Positions 38,575-49,152 of a stretch of DNA of 64,000 nucleotides are shown here, piece by piece. The first letter of the stretch is position 1. Every line of letters begins with the position of its first letter. The notes below the pieces were generated by a model. It did not search any database, had not been told where the DNA came from, and saw only the letters and a list, made by a program, of their open reading frames with translations. The translations under genes were made by a program, and so were the position numbers. Where the stretch lies: NCBI GenBank assembly GCA_963832165.1, contig CAWHTE010000011.1:832001-896000 (forward strand). The letters run 5' to 3'. Source of the stretch: an uncultured delta proteobacterium. GTDB taxonomy: Bacteria; Myxococcota_A; UBA9160; SMWR01.

Positions 38575-39321
38575 GTGCGGCGCGTGTTCCACGACGCGTA
38601 CGAGATCGCAGGCGACCCGGCGGCCGGGCCGTTCCTGTTCACGTGCGAGCACGCGACGCGGCGGCTGCCCGAGTGGGAGGCCGAGCCCGCCGATCTGCCG
38701 TTCCTCGAGGACCACTGGGGCTTCGACGTCGGCGCCGCCGACCTCACGCGCGAGCTCGCGCGGCTGTGCGAGAGCGGCGCGCTGCTCTCGCGCTTCTCGC
38801 GACTCGTGTGCGATCCGAACCGGGCGCCCGAGGAGGCGAGCTTCGTCGTGGCCGAGGTCGCCGGACACGCGCTCTCGTTCAACCTCTCGGTCGACGCAGT
38901 CGAGCGTGCGCGCCGCCGCGCGCGCTATTTCGATCCCTATCACGCGGCAATCGATTCCGCGCTCGCTGAGCGCTTCGCCGCGGGTCCCCCCGTGCGCCTG
39001 TGCTCGATCCACTCGTTCACGCCCGTGTTCGACGGCTGTGCCCGGCCGATGGAAGTGGGCGTGCTGTTCGACGACCACGAGCCGCACGCGCTGCGCGTGG
39101 CCGACGCGCTCGAGCGCGAGGGCTTCGCGGTGGCCCAGAACGAGCCCTACTCGGGCTTCGCCGGGCTGATCTACGCGGCGCGCCGCCACGGCCGCGAGCA
39201 CGGCGTCGTGTATCTCGAGCTCGAGGTGCGCAACGACCTGATCGCCACCGCACAGCAGGTGCGCGCGATCGCGCCGCGGATCGCGCGCGCGCTCCAAGAG
39301 TACGCGCCGAGCGGCGGCTGA
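38575..39321 (+). CDS. N-formylglutamate amidohydrolase family protein
   Basis: CEHA, D.GA, SRL..DPNR, PYH, HSFTP, NEPY and E.E.RNDLI motifs. Confidence 0.88.
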   Translation: MRRVFHDAYEIAGDPAAGPFLFTCEHATRRLPEWEAEPADLPFLEDHWGFDVGAADLTRELARLCESGALLSRFSRLVCDPNRAPEEASFVVAEVAGHALSFNLSVDAVERARRRARYFDPYHAAIDSALAERFAAGPPVRLCSIHSFTPVFDGCARPMEVGVLFDDHEPHALRVADALEREGFAVAQNEPYSGFAGLIYAARRHGREHGVVYLELEVRNDLIATAQQVRAIAPRIARALQEYAPSGG

Positions 39322-39324
39322 GCG

Positions 39325-40578
39325 CTACACCGAACGCGCGAAGCGATAACGGATCGGCAGGTGCTTGATGCCCGCCACGAAGCTCGACGCGGTGCGCGCG
39401 GGCTCGCCCGCGAGCTCGAGCCGCTCGACGCGCCGCGCGATCTCGGTGAACAGCGCCGTGCTCGAGCGGCGGGCCAGGTGCGCGCCGAGGCAGAAGTGCT
39501 CGCCGATCCCGAACCCGAGGTGGCGGTTCGGGCTGCGCTCGATCCGGAACGCGAACGGGTCGTCGAAGACGTCCTCGTCGCGGTTCGCGGACGCGTAGCA
39601 GAGCATCAGCTCCTCGCCCTCGCGGATCTTCTGGCCGCGCAGCTCGACGTCGCTCGCGGCCGTGCGCTTCATGTAGTTCACGGGTGTGGTCCAGCGCACG
39701 ATCTCTTCCACGGCCTGTGCCGCGAGCGCCGGGTTGGCGCGCAGGCGCGCGAGCTCGGCGGGGTTCTCGATCAGCGCGAGCAGGCCCCCGGAGATCGCGT
39801 TGCGCGTGGTGTCGTGGCCCGCCGTGAATACGATCAGGTAGTAGCCGAGCGTCTCCACGGGCCCCATCGGGGCGCCGTCCACCTGTCCGTTCGCGAGCAC
39901 GGTCGCGAGGTCATCGCGGGGATTCGCGCGGCGATCCTCGATGATCTTCGAGAAGTAGTTGAAGAACTCGAGGCCGATCTGCATGATCCGCTGCTCGCGC
40001 GTGCCTTCGCGCTGGAACTCGGGATCGTCACCGCTGAACAGCTCGTTGGTCAGGCGCAGGATCAGCGCCTCGTCCTCCTGTGGCACGCCGAGCGCCTGCG
40101 ACAGGATGCGCAGCGGGTGTGCGACCGCCACGCGGGTCACGAAATCGCACTCGCCGTCGCCGTCGGCCGCAAGCGCGTCGACGAGCGAGCGCGCGCTCTC
40201 GTCCACGGCGGACTCGAGCCGCGCGAGGCTGCGCGGCGTGAACCAGCCGCTCGCGACCTTGCGAAACGTGCGGTGCGCGGGCGGATCCATCTCGATGATC
40301 GTCTTCATGCCCGCGAGCCCCGACTGGTCCGATTCCCGCATGCGCGTCTGCTCGTCGTCGAGCACGACGATGCCCTTGCTGTTCACGAACGCGTCGGGGC
40401 GCTTCGAGATCTCGCAGATGTCGGCGTGCCTGGTGATCGCCCAGAACGATCCGTGGCCGGGTGGCTCGCAGCGATGTACGGGTGATTCGCGCCGCAGCCG
40501 GGTCCAGACGTCGTGCGGATAGCCGCGGTCGGCGTACTGGGTCGGGAAGATCAGCTCGCTTCCATCGGTGATCTGCAT
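39325..40578 (-). CDS. Cytochrome P450
   Basis: AGHDTT I-helix, ExxR and FGIGEHFCLG heme motif. Confidence 0.95.
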   Translation of the reverse strand: MQITDGSELIFPTQYADRGYPHDVWTRLRRESPVHRCEPPGHGSFWAITRHADICEISKRPDAFVNSKGIVVLDDEQTRMRESDQSGLAGMKTIIEMDPPAHRTFRKVASGWFTPRSLARLESAVDESARSLVDALAADGDGECDFVTRVAVAHPLRILSQALGVPQEDEALILRLTNELFSGDDPEFQREGTREQRIMQIGLEFFNYFSKIIEDRRANPRDDLATVLANGQVDGAPMGPVETLGYYLIVFTAGHDTTRNAISGGLLALIENPAELARLRANPALAAQAVEEIVRWTTPVNYMKRTAASDVELRGQKIREGEELMLCYASANRDEDVFDDPFAFRIERSPNRHLGFGIGEHFCLGAHLARRSSTALFTEIARRVERLELAGEPARTASSFVAGIKHLPIRYRFARSV

Positions 40579-40672
40579 GCGTGCGTTCTCCGGGTGCGCG
40601 GTCGGAAGCTAGCGGCTCGGATTCCGATGCGCGCGGCTGCCGCATGGCTCGATTGCGTGGCATGATCGCCGG

Positions 40673-41539
40673 GTGTTCGATGCGCTCGACCACGTGATCC
40701 TCGCGGTGCGCGACCTCGCGGACGCCACGCGCCGTTACGCGACGCTGTTTGCGCGCCGGCCCTCGTGGCGCGGCGAGCATCCAGGCCAGGGGACCGCGAA
40801 CACGCTGTTCCGTCTCCACAACACCTACCTGGAGCTGCTGGCGCCCGAAGGCGACGGTCCGACCGGGCGCCTGATCAGCGAGCGGCTCGCTTCGCACGGC
40901 GAGGGGCCGCTCGGACTCGCGTTCGCGACGCGTGATGCGGACGCCGCGGCGGCGACACTCGCGGAGCACGGGCTCGAGCCCGCGCCCGTCATGCCGGGTC
41001 TGGGCCGCGATGCCGATTCGGGGCTGATCCGGCGCTGGCGCACGGCGATGCTGCCGCTCGAGCGCACGCGCGGCGTGCTGCTGTTCGCGATCGAGCACTT
41101 GACGCCCGATCTGCTTCCGGAGGCGGGAGCGGTCGGACCCGCCGAGGCCGTGGTCACGGGCATCGACCACGCGGTGGTGCAGACCTCCGACGCGGAGGCC
41201 GCGATCTCGCTCTATCGCGACGGGCTCGGACTGCGGCTCGCGCTCGATCGCAGCTTTCCCGAATGGGGCATGAGGCTCGTGTTCCTGCGCGTGGGCGGAG
41301 TCACGATCGAGGTCGCACAGCCGCTGCAGGACGCCGCGCCGCCGCCCGACACCGATCGGCTCTGGGGGCTGTCCTGGCGCGTTCCGGATGCCGACGCCGC
41401 GCGCGAGCGGCTGGCCGCCGCGGGCGTCGATGTCTCCGAGGTACGCGCGGGTCGAAAGCCCGGCACGCGTGTGCTCAGTGTGAAGGACGGCACCTGCGGC
41501 GTGCCGACGCTGTTGATCGAGCCCGCGGCGCCGGCGTAG
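40673..41539 (+). CDS. Two-domain VOC/glyoxalase-like protein
   Basis: LDHV..AV.DL, G.H...GT.N, YLEL and a second IDH module. Confidence 0.82.
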   Translation: MFDALDHVILAVRDLADATRRYATLFARRPSWRGEHPGQGTANTLFRLHNTYLELLAPEGDGPTGRLISERLASHGEGPLGLAFATRDADAAAATLAEHGLEPAPVMPGLGRDADSGLIRRWRTAMLPLERTRGVLLFAIEHLTPDLLPEAGAVGPAEAVVTGIDHAVVQTSDAEAAISLYRDGLGLRLALDRSFPEWGMRLVFLRVGGVTIEVAQPLQDAAPPPDTDRLWGLSWRVPDADAARERLAAAGVDVSEVRAGRKPGTRVLSVKDGTCGVPTLLIEPAAPA

Positions 41540-41549
41540 CCGCTCTCGC

Positions 41550-44500
41550 CTAGCGACACCCCTGCGGAGTGCCCGCGCAGTAGCGACCGGAGGGACCCGG
41601 CGTCGCTCCGGGCCGCGCGAGCATCGGCGCGAGGTAGTCGGTGTAGTCGATGTCGTCGACGGCTCCGTCGCAGTTCATGTCGGTTCCGCGTCCGCCGTCG
41701 CGGCCCGCCGCGCGATCCGGCGCGAAATAACCCTCGAGATCGAGCGTCGTCGATCCTGCCATTCTCGTCGAAGTCGCCGTCGCAATGATTTCCGTATCCG
41801 TCCTCGTCGGTGTCGCACTGGCTGCGATTGGCGAGCTCCGTGCAGTTGTCTCCCCAATTGATGTGCGTATCGCCATCGGGATCGCAGAACGAATCAGTGC
41901 AGTTGGGGCACGGGAATGTGCCCGCGCACTCGAGTCCCGAAGGCCCCGGGCGATCCCCCGCCGCAAGCAGCTGGGGCACGAAGTAGTCGCGGTAATCGAC
42001 GTCGTCGACGGAACCATCGCAGTTCATGTCGGTTCCGCGGCCGCCGTCGCGGCCCGCCGCGCGGTCGGTCGCGAAGTAGCCGCTGAAATCAGCCTCGTCG
42101 ACGCGCCCGTTCTGGTCGAAGTCGCCGTCGCAGGAGTTGCCGTATCCGTCGTGGTCCGCGTCGCATTGGCGCGAGTTCGCGACCTGCGTGCAGTCGTCCG
42201 CGCGGTCGAGCAGGCCGTCGCCGTCGCCGTCGCACGCCGAACCCGTGCACGGGACGGGACACGGCACCGTGCCTGCGCAGCGCAGCCCGGACGGGCCCGG
42301 GATCGCCCTGGGCGGCTTGAACGGCGGGCGGAGCCCGGCGAAGTCTGTGTCGTCGACGACCCCGTCGCAATTCATGTCGGTACCGCGCCCGCTGTCCGTC
42401 CGCGAACGCCGATCGCGGGCCAGACGGTTCAGGTCGACCGCGTCCACGCTTCCGTTCTGGTCGAAGTCGGCGTCGCAGAGGTTCCCGAAGCCGTCCCGGT
42501 CCGTATCGCACTGGCTCGGGTTGGCGACGCCAGCGCAATTGTCGTTGCGGTTCACCTTGCCGTCCCGATCGTCGTCGCACATCTCGCCGATACAGTCGAG
42601 CGGGCAGGTCGGACACTTCTGAGGGAAGGGAATCACCGTCACGTCCGCGGCGCCCACGACCCGGTCCCGCCCGTCGAGGTCGAACTCGTCGCAGTCGGTC
42701 GTCGCGAAGCTGTTGCAGCTGTCGGCGGAGAGGTCCTTCCCGAACTCGGCCGTCACGAGCGGCCAATCCGAGGTATCCGGCACGCCGTCGCCGTTGTGAT
42801 CGCCATCGCAGGCGTTTCCGAATCCGTCGGCGTCGTCGTCGAGCTGACCGCCCGTGGTCGTGCGGAACAGATAGCCACCGCGCCGGGTGTAGTTCGCGGG
42901 GTCGTCGAGGTCGTAGTGCGGATTTGCGGCGAGCCGGCAGTTGTCACAGTCATCCCCGACGCCGTCGCCGTCGACGTCGAGTTGATAGATCGTCGTGCGC
43001 CAGAAGATCGTGTTATCGATCGAAGGGCAGTTGTCGCAGAGATCGCCGCGACCATCGCGATCGCGATCGCTCTGGTCCAGATTGGCGAGCTGCGGGCAGT
43101 TGTCGTCGCAGCCGCTCGTGCGTCCCGTTCGACACGTTGCGTCGGATGGCGAGCCCGAAGCGTCGCCGTCGTCGGCGATGCCGTCGTCATCGTCGTCGGG
43201 GTCGCACGGGTCGCCGAGACCGTCGCCGTCGGTATCCACCTGAGAGGGATCCGCCGTGCTCGGGCAGTTGTCGCACACGTCCCCGACGCGGTCGCCATCC
43301 GCGTCCGCCTGCTCGGCGTTGGCGATCGCGGGGCAGTTGTCGCAGGCATCTGCGCGGCCGTCCCCATCGGTTTCGCGCTGGTCCGGGTTCGCGACGGTCG
43401 GACAGTTGTCGCAGGCGTCGCCGAGCGGATCCCGGTCTGCATTCGCCTGATCCGGATTCGCCGTCGCGCAGTTGTCACAGGCGTCCCCGACGCGATCGCC
43501 GTCCGCGTCGGCCTGATCGGGATTCGCGACCGTGGCGCAGTTGTCGCAGACGTCGCCGAGCGCATCGGCGTCGCGATCGCGCGCGTCGGGCAGCACGTAC
43601 GAGAAGGTCGGGGCGATGTTCGACTGCCCCGGGCACCAGTCGAGCGCATCCGCGAGGCCATCGTTGTCGGAGTCGGCCGCTGCGTCGTCGGGGGCGCCGT
43701 CGCAGCGGTCGCCCCGGCCGTCGCCGTCGAGATCGCGCTGCTCCGGATCGGAGATGGATCCGCACACATCGCACGCGTCTCCCGCGCCATCGCCGTCGCG
43801 GTCGGCCTGATCGGGATTGGCCGCATCGCGGCAGTTGTCGCGGAACGCGACGACGCCGTCGGCGTCGCGGTCGGTCTGTCCCTCGGGCAGAGTCGCGGCG
43901 GCTCGGCACAGGCCGTTGCAGCCGTCATCGCTGTAGAAGTTTCCGTCGTCGCACTGCTCGCCCGCGTCGACCACGCGGTTGCCGCAGATGGGCGCCGTCA
44001 CGAAGTGCGCCGTCGTGAATCCGGGATAGGGAGCGGAGAGGACGTCGACCCCGAAAGGCTCGGGGTCGATCTCGATCACGCTGGGCGGCTCGACCGCGAG
44101 CAGACGGCTGCGCGCGTCGTCGTACGCGAGCGCTTCGGAGAGGCGCGGGTAGAACCTCGGCGTGAGCGCGCCATCGGCGCGATTCACGGTGGCGATCATG
44201 GTCGACCGCGGCGGATCCGCGCGCGGATCGGACAGCCAGATCGCGAGCAGCTCGGAGCGCTTCGAGTCGAATGCGAGCGAGCGGACGGCATGGTCGAGGA
44301 TCACGGGCGCGCGCAGTACGGATCCTGTGTCGGGATCGATCTCGATCAGCCGAGCCTGCTCCGGGAGGGCGAGGTCGAGGATCAAGCCGTAGAGGTGGCG
44401 ATCGTCCGAGGCGAAGGTCAGAGCCGCGATGCCCGTGGCAGCGAGACTTCCGACGAGATTCGGAACCCCGTCTGCGTCGAGGCGATAGAGCCGGTCGCCG

Positions 44501-45555
44501 GAAGCATCGGGCGACACGAGGTAGAGCGCGCCGTCGGCCGGATCGCGCGCGAGCCCCGTGATCGGCGCGTGGAAGTCGAGGAACAGGTCCAGCTCCGGGC
44601 CGCTCGTGCGCGGCGTGCTGCGGTAGAGCAGGTCGTGACGGCCGTTCGCGCTCGACTCCACGAGCAGGAGACCCGGAGCGTTCGGATCGACCTCGATCGC
44701 TTCCTGGCATGGAACGCACTCGGAGCGGCTTCCGGTGCACGAGCGACACTGTCCCGGCTCGCTGCAGTCCGCGCCGCGCGAGGGCAGCGAGTGCCCGTCG
44801 ACGCACGCGCGCGCAGCTGCGATGCAGCGGCCCAGGCCATCGCACCAACCGTCGCGTCCGTCGCAGGACGTGAACCTCGCGTCGGGCGTGTAGGGATCGG
44901 TGCTTGGCGGCACACCCGAGCCCGAGATGCAGGCGGCGGTCGTGCGCTGCGCCCCGCGGCGCTTCGCATAGTCGATGTACATCGCGCAGAGCCTCGCGGG
45001 CACGTCTCGAGTCTTCTGACCGGAGCCCCCGAGCAGCGTCTCGTCCCAACCGACGTGATCGAACGGCACACCCGCCAGATGCCCCATCTCGTGCGCGTAG
45101 GTGGAGCCGGCATCCTGCGTGCTGCGGTAGAACCCGGCCCCGACGAACATTCCGAGACCGGGCAACGACGTGTTCGCGCAGCCCGACGCCTCGGTCAGCA
45201 CGGATTCGGGGAACAGGGCCGCTTCGTACGGGATCTCGGTGCTGCACGCGTAGGGCGGCGTCGGCGCCGGGTCGTAGCGTCGGATGTTGGACGCCCGGAA
45301 GCGAACCGGACAGGACATCTCACCGGGCGGCTTGCCGTCGATGCCCTCCAGGATCAGCGTGGCCTCGTCGAGCATCGTGTTCACGCGCGCCGCGGTCTGC
45401 GCGGGGGAGGCGAGCTCGACGTCCGGATGGACGACGATCGACATGTCGAGCAGGTACTCGTCGGCCGGGGGCGTCGCCCACGCTTCACGCGGTGTGACGG
45501 CGCAAAGCATTCCGAGAATTTCGAGAATCAGGTGGCCCCTGGTCAGAGCCGACAT
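41550..45555 (-). CDS. Large secreted modular protein: HExxH zinc peptidase-like domain, Cys-rich region, propeller-like region, thrombospondin type 3 repeats and dockerin-like repeats; +1 frameshift near 41745
   Basis: [21 protein letters not shown]; many DNC....NPDQ.D.DGD..GDAC units. The true C-terminus is in track ORF 41550..42017. Confidence 0.8.
41560..43870 (-). repeat. Intragenic repeats: TSP3 units and three roughly 90-codon C-terminal units
   Basis: Recurrent gcagttgtcgc motif; recurring [14 protein letters not shown] and PGPSG units. Confidence 0.85.
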
Positions 45556-45596
45556 CGGTGGACCCTCCTATGGGAAGGGCCTTTGCAGTAGAAAAT

Positions 45597-45625
45597 ACGG
45601 TAAGTAAGGCTTACGTAAGCGTCAA
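45597..45625 (-). promoter_or_regulatory. Sigma-70-like promoter (TTGACG-17-TACCGT) with GTAAG-N5-CTTAC palindrome in the spacer
   Basis: Read directly from the sequence; palindrome at 45600-45614. Confidence 0.55.
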
Positions 45626-46107
45626 TTACTCCTGGAGGGGAGCGAGGCAACCACGGCATCGATTTCGCCGTTCAGGCGGTCCGGACCCGGATCGCGGCCC
45701 GCGGCGACAGTGGCCAGGCGCGGCAGGTAGTGTCCCCAACCAAACTCGTGGAAGGCATCGTGTCCGGCGGGCAGGCCAGAGTGCCGCAGCGTCAGCACGG
45801 TCTGGTCGCGGTCGCGGCGCAGCGTGAACTCGACGCGTGTCGATCCGGGTGGAAGGAGTCTGTCGGATCCCTCCCAACCCCAGGTGAACACCAAGCGGTG
45901 CGGAGGTTCCACCTCGACGAACTCGCCCCGGGCGAAGATCCCGGGGCGCACCATCGCGCAGCGGTAGATGCCGCCGGGCCGCGGGTCGAGGTCGGCGTCG
46001 ATTCCCATCCAATGTGAGATCAACGCGGGATCGATCAGGAAACCGAAGACGACCTCGGGGGGTGCCGCGATCCGAACGACCCGTTCGATCGTGCGTTCAT
46101 CGGCCAC
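45622..46107 (-). CDS. SRPBCC/AHSA1-like (START-fold) protein
   Basis: I.APPE.VF, D.RPGG.YR, G.F.EVEPP.RLVFTWGW and GW..YL..L motifs. Confidence 0.88.
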   Translation of the reverse strand: MADERTIERVVRIAAPPEVVFGFLIDPALISHWMGIDADLDPRPGGIYRCAMVRPGIFARGEFVEVEPPHRLVFTWGWEGSDRLLPPGSTRVEFTLRRDRDQTVLTLRHSGLPAGHDAFHEFGWGHYLPRLATVAAGRDPGPDRLNGEIDAVVASLPSRSN

Positions 46108-46426
46108 GGCGTTGGCGCCTGCCCGGCCGTTCTGCCGCCGCCTTGAGTAGCGCCAAGCTGTCGTCCCACATCTCCTCGAGAAAGGGTCGAATCTCGGCGA
46201 AGCTTTCGGGCCGCGCGCGGTAGTAGCGCCGCGTCCCCTCCTTCCTCTCCGCGACGAGGCCTGCGTTCCGCAGCACCCGCAGATGCTGCGAGATCGCCTC
46301 GCGCGTCACGTCGAATTCCGAGGCGATGGATCCAGCCGTCATCTCCTCGGCGAGGACCAGCCGCAAAATCGCGCGTCGCCGCGGCTCTGCGATCGCGCGG
46401 AGGGCGGCTTGGGCAGAGGTTGCCAT
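46097..46426 (-). CDS. ArsR/SmtB family transcriptional regulator
   Basis: A.A.P.RR.IL, ISQHL.VL..AGLV and G..RYY motifs. Confidence 0.9.
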   Translation of the reverse strand: MATSAQAALRAIAEPRRRAILRLVLAEEMTAGSIASEFDVTREAISQHLRVLRNAGLVAERKEGTRRYYRARPESFAEIRPFLEEMWDDSLALLKAAAERPGRRQRRGR

Positions 46427-46466
46427 ATGTAAGTGATTCTTCCGTACTGAGGACTCCGCCGCCAGC

Positions 46467-48122
46467 TCAGAAGCGCGAGGCGCGCAGCGGGACGTCGGCC
46501 CGCGCCCATGCCGTCTCGAAGCCCTTCTGCGCCCAATCGGCTTCGCCGCGCTTGCGCTGCGCGCGCAGACTCGCTGCGAGTCCGTAGAGCGACCATCCGT
46601 TGCGCGGGTAGCGCTCGAGATCGGCGCGGTACACGGCCTCGGCCTCCGCCGCGCGCCCGGCATCGAGCAGCACCGCGCCGAGCGCCTGGCGCGTGGGAAA
46701 GTACCACGGCGGCGGCTCCATGTACGCGAGCGCGTCCTGTCGCGCGACGGCCTCCTTCAGCTCGTTCACCGCTCGCTTCGCATTGCCCGTGGCCGCTGCG
46801 ATCTCGCCGGACAGGTGCTTGCTTCCGATCCCGAGCAGCTGCGCGGCCGAAGCGACACCGCCCGAGAGCATGAGCTCCGAGGCGGGCTTGCCTGTCGCCA
46901 CCGCGTCGAGCGCGGCGAGCTCGGTGCGCGCCTCCGCGGCGCGTCCCGTGCGCACGAGCGCGAGCCCGCGCGCGTAATGCCAGATCCCGGACAGGTACAC
47001 GCGCGACTCGGGCGGCTTCGCGGTGCCGAGCAGGGAGTCCCAGCGCCCGAACCGCACGAGCGTGAGGTTCGGGATCGTGAGCATCTCCTCGAGGAAGGGA
47101 TAGGTCTCGATACCGGTCGCGACCGCGGCCTCGAGCTGGCGCGCGGTCATGAGCGCCATCTCGCTGCGGCCCTCGGCCGTGGCCGATGCCCACAGGAAGT
47201 GGAGGTTGTGCGGGTAGTAGGCCGACTGGTACCACAGCCCCGGGCGGCAGGTCGCGAAGAACTTCTCGTCCGAGCGCAGTGCTGCGCGATTGACCTCGAC
47301 CGCGTCGTCGTAGCGCCCGACGCGCCAGAAGATGTGCGAGGGCATGTGGACGAGGTGCCCCGCGTCGGGCGCGAGCTCGAAGAGCCGCTCTGCGGCCGCC
47401 ACGCCGCGCTCCGGATACGGCATCTCCACTGCGTGGATGTAGTAGTGGTTGGCACCGATGTGATCGGGGTGCGACTCGAGCACCGACTCGAGCAGGTCGA
47501 GCAGCTCCTCGGTGTGCTCGCGCGGCTTCAGGTCGGGCGTCCAGTAGTTCCACGGCGACAGGTCCATCAGCGATTCGGCGTACAGCGTCGCGGCGTCCTC
47601 GTCCGACGGATCTTCCTCGTGTACCGATCGCATCGCCTCTGCGAACGCCCGATCGAGTGCGCTGCGGTCCTCGGCCGGCTCCGCGGCATAGCGCGTGGCG
47701 ATGGCATCGATGTAGGCCTGCTCGCGCTCGCTCGCGCGATCGGCGAGCGCGCGCGCGCGCTGTGCGGCTGCGTAGGCGCGGCGGCCCGCGTCGGGCCCCA
47801 TCGGCGCATTGATGTTGGGGCCGTGGGCGAACGCGATCCCCCACTCGCACATCGCGCAGCCCGGATCGATCGCGAGCGCGGCCTCGAACGCGCGGATCGC
47901 GGCCTCGTGGTTGAAGCCGAAGCACAGGGCCAGACCCTGATCGAAATACCGCTGGGCGAGCGGGCTCGGCGTGGTGATCGGATGGTGCAGGCGGCCGAGA
48001 CCCTCGAGCAGGGGCGGCGCTTGCGCGGTGGCCGGCGGCTCGGGCGCGGGCCCCCCGCGCGTGCACGTGACCGCGGCGGCGACCACCGCGAGGATCGAGG
48101 TGAGCCGGCGCGCGCCGGGCAT
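46467..48122 (-). CDS. Exported TPR-containing conserved protein
   Basis: AQ.YF.QGL...GFNH.A, HYYIHA.E and HMPSHI motifs; TPR-like helices. Confidence 0.8.
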   Translation of the reverse strand: MPGARRLTSILAVVAAAVTCTRGGPAPEPPATAQAPPLLEGLGRLHHPITTPSPLAQRYFDQGLALCFGFNHEAAIRAFEAALAIDPGCAMCEWGIAFAHGPNINAPMGPDAGRRAYAAAQRARALADRASEREQAYIDAIATRYAAEPAEDRSALDRAFAEAMRSVHEEDPSDEDAATLYAESLMDLSPWNYWTPDLKPREHTEELLDLLESVLESHPDHIGANHYYIHAVEMPYPERGVAAAERLFELAPDAGHLVHMPSHIFWRVGRYDDAVEVNRAALRSDEKFFATCRPGLWYQSAYYPHNLHFLWASATAEGRSEMALMTARQLEAAVATGIETYPFLEEMLTIPNLTLVRFGRWDSLLGTAKPPESRVYLSGIWHYARGLALVRTGRAAEARTELAALDAVATGKPASELMLSGGVASAAQLLGIGSKHLSGEIAAATGNAKRAVNELKEAVARQDALAYMEPPPWYFPTRQALGAVLLDAGRAAEAEAVYRADLERYPRNGWSLYGLAASLRAQRKRGEADWAQKGFETAWARADVPLRASRF

Positions 48123-48216
48123 GGACGTCCTCCCTCGCAATGCGACTCGCTAGCATGCGCGCGGCCCGGGGCGATGTCCATGCCATCGATCGGCGGGCCG
48201 GAGGACTCTGGAAGGG

Positions 48217-49152
48217 ATGGCGAAGCACCGCGCCAAGAGCGCTCGCGATGAGCGGAGCTGGGGGCGAAACCCCTTCGAAGTGCTCGTGTATCTCGCTGTG
48301 GCGCCGCTGCTGCGCGGGCTCGCGCGGCTGCCGCTCCCAGTGCTCTACCGCGTCTCGGATCTCGCGTTCTGGATCGTGTACCGGGTCCTGCGTCTGCGGC
48401 GCGCCGTCGTGCGCGAAAACCTGCGCCGCTCGTTTCCGGAGGCCGCGACGCATGAGCTCGATCGGATCGAAGAGCGCTGCTACCGCCAGCAGTGCGATCT
48501 GGCGGTCGAGTCGCTCAAGCTCATGACGATGAGCGCGAACGAGATTTTCGACCGCATGCGCGCCAACTTCGACATCGGTCACCAGCTGATCGCCCGTCGC
48601 CAGAGCGCGATCTTCGTGCTCGGCCACTGCGGCAACTGGGAATGGGCGATCCCGCTGGCGGTGCTCTCGTTTCCGGGCGCGCTGGTTCACATCGTCTATC
48701 ACCCGCTGCGGCACACGGGCTTCGACGGACTGATCCGCTCGGTGCGCGGGCGCTTCGGCGGCGTGTTCACGCGGACCGACGAGGCGCCGCGCGCGATCGT
48801 GCGGATGCGGCACGAGCTCAGCGCGACGTTCCTGGTCGCCGACCAGCGCGCGCACAACCGCAATCCATATTGGACTCAGTTCCTCGGCCAGCAGACCGCG
48901 TTCCTGCGCGGTCCGGAGCGACTCGCGCGCAGCCTCGGGATGCCCGTGGTGTACGTCGAGTCGAGGCGTGTCGAGCGTGGGCGCTACGAGGTGAGCCTCG
49001 AGTGGCTCTGCGAGGATCCGAGTGTCACGTCCGACGGCGAGATCACCGAGCGCTTCGCGCGGCGCCTCGAGCAGCAGATCCTGAAGGCACCGGACGATTG
49101 GCTGTGGTTGCACCGGCGCTGGCGGGATCGGCGCGCCGAGCGAGCTCGGTAG
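48217..49152 (+). CDS. Lipid A biosynthesis (LpxL/HtrB-like) lysophospholipid acyltransferase
   Basis: GH.GNWE, ADQ, FLG and W.W.HRRW motifs. Confidence 0.88.
   Translation: MAKHRAKSARDERSWGRNPFEVLVYLAVAPLLRGLARLPLPVLYRVSDLAFWIVYRVLRLRRAVVRENLRRSFPEAATHELDRIEERCYRQQCDLAVESLKLMTMSANEIFDRMRANFDIGHQLIARRQSAIFVLGHCGNWEWAIPLAVLSFPGALVHIVYHPLRHTGFDGLIRSVRGRFGGVFTRTDEAPRAIVRMRHELSATFLVADQRAHNRNPYWTQFLGQQTAFLRGPERLARSLGMPVVYVESRRVERGRYEVSLEWLCEDPSVTSDGEITERFARRLEQQILKAPDDWLWLHRRWRDRRAERAR

Noticed and set aside
11513..39321. Kynurenine pathway cluster (cyclase, IDO, formyl-amidohydrolase)
   Set aside because: The genes are more than 10 kb apart in separate units, the cyclase looks exported, and there is no kynureninase in the window.
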